This document shows, piece by piece, positions 63,397 to 64,000 of a DNA stretch of 64,000 nt (within the stretch, counting starts at the first letter, position 1; every line of letters begins with the position of its first letter). The notes beneath the pieces are model-generated. The model was not told where the DNA came from, made no database searches, and saw only the letters and a program-made list of their open reading frames with translations. The stretch lies in the NCBI RefSeq assembly GCF_009914755.1, contig NC_060943.1, one strand, 5' to 3'. This stretch comes from the human T2T-CHM13v2.0 reference genome, Homo sapiens. Position numbers and translations under genes: made by a program.

Positions 63397-64000
63397 TCAG
63401 GAGAAACTGTTTAAGACGCAGATAACTATGTACAACCCCGAAGAGATCCTGAATCAGCAGGTAGAGCCACGAAATGGTACCTTGAACAGATTCCAAGTGA
63501 CTGATGTAGTGGCCACCCTGGTTCAGGAGTTCCTGGGGAGGGGCAGGGGAGGGCCAGAAGAAAACTATATTTTTAGCTAAAAGACCTCAGCTTCTGGCTT
63601 GGCATGGTGGCTTACACCTGTAATCCCAACGCTTTGGGAGGCCGAGGTGGGCAGATCACTTGAGCCCAGGAGGTAGAGGCTGCAGTGGGCTGAGACTGTG
63701 CCACTGCACTCCCACCTGGGTGACAGAGCGAAACTCCATCTCAAAAAAAAAAAAAAAAAAGACCTTGGCTTCTGTGTGAGGGAATAGGAAGGGAGGGAAA
63801 GGTTTTCATTTTCCAGCTGTTTATAAAAAAATAAACTGGTACTTTGAGGTAATTTGCGTCACCAGATACCTATTCTAGAAACCCCAAGATCTGTGGGACA
63901 TCCTTCCACATCAGTGGAAAGCCATTCGCAAAGAGGACAAACGGCTTCTTCTCTCATGGATCATTAACAATTCTCAAAGCTTGAACCCGTATCTGATAAC

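Overview
Human genomic DNA, very Alu-dense. I place it at 19q13.32 because I recognise two minus-strand proteins with intronless CDSs, both from the Ty3/Gypsy Gag-derived PNMA family: CCDC8 (AUG ORF 12124-10508, 538 aa) and PNMA8C (27710-27096, 204 aa). Almost all other ORFs in the track are Alu or low-complexity artefacts. Main observations: (1) the CCDC8 frame stays open and PNMA-homologous for 70 codons upstream of its AUG, back to a CUG in optimal Kozak context that follows a leader of about 610 nt with no AUG. (2) There are signs of a decayed head-to-tail PNMA array around the two genes: three related RFX X-box promoters (15.9, 26.2, 28.3 kb), a shared splice-acceptor/GCATCCTGGA leader element, and candidate PNMA N-domain relics at about 7.8-8.1 kb (best), 3.5-4.2 kb and 62.6 kb (weak). 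(3) A TSD-flanked Alu + 347 bp unique + poly(A) insertion looks like an Alu 3' transduction. (4) The PNMA8C 3' region holds an old minisatellite with a duplicated L2 fragment. Repeat family names and all alignments were made by eye or from memory and need computational confirmation.
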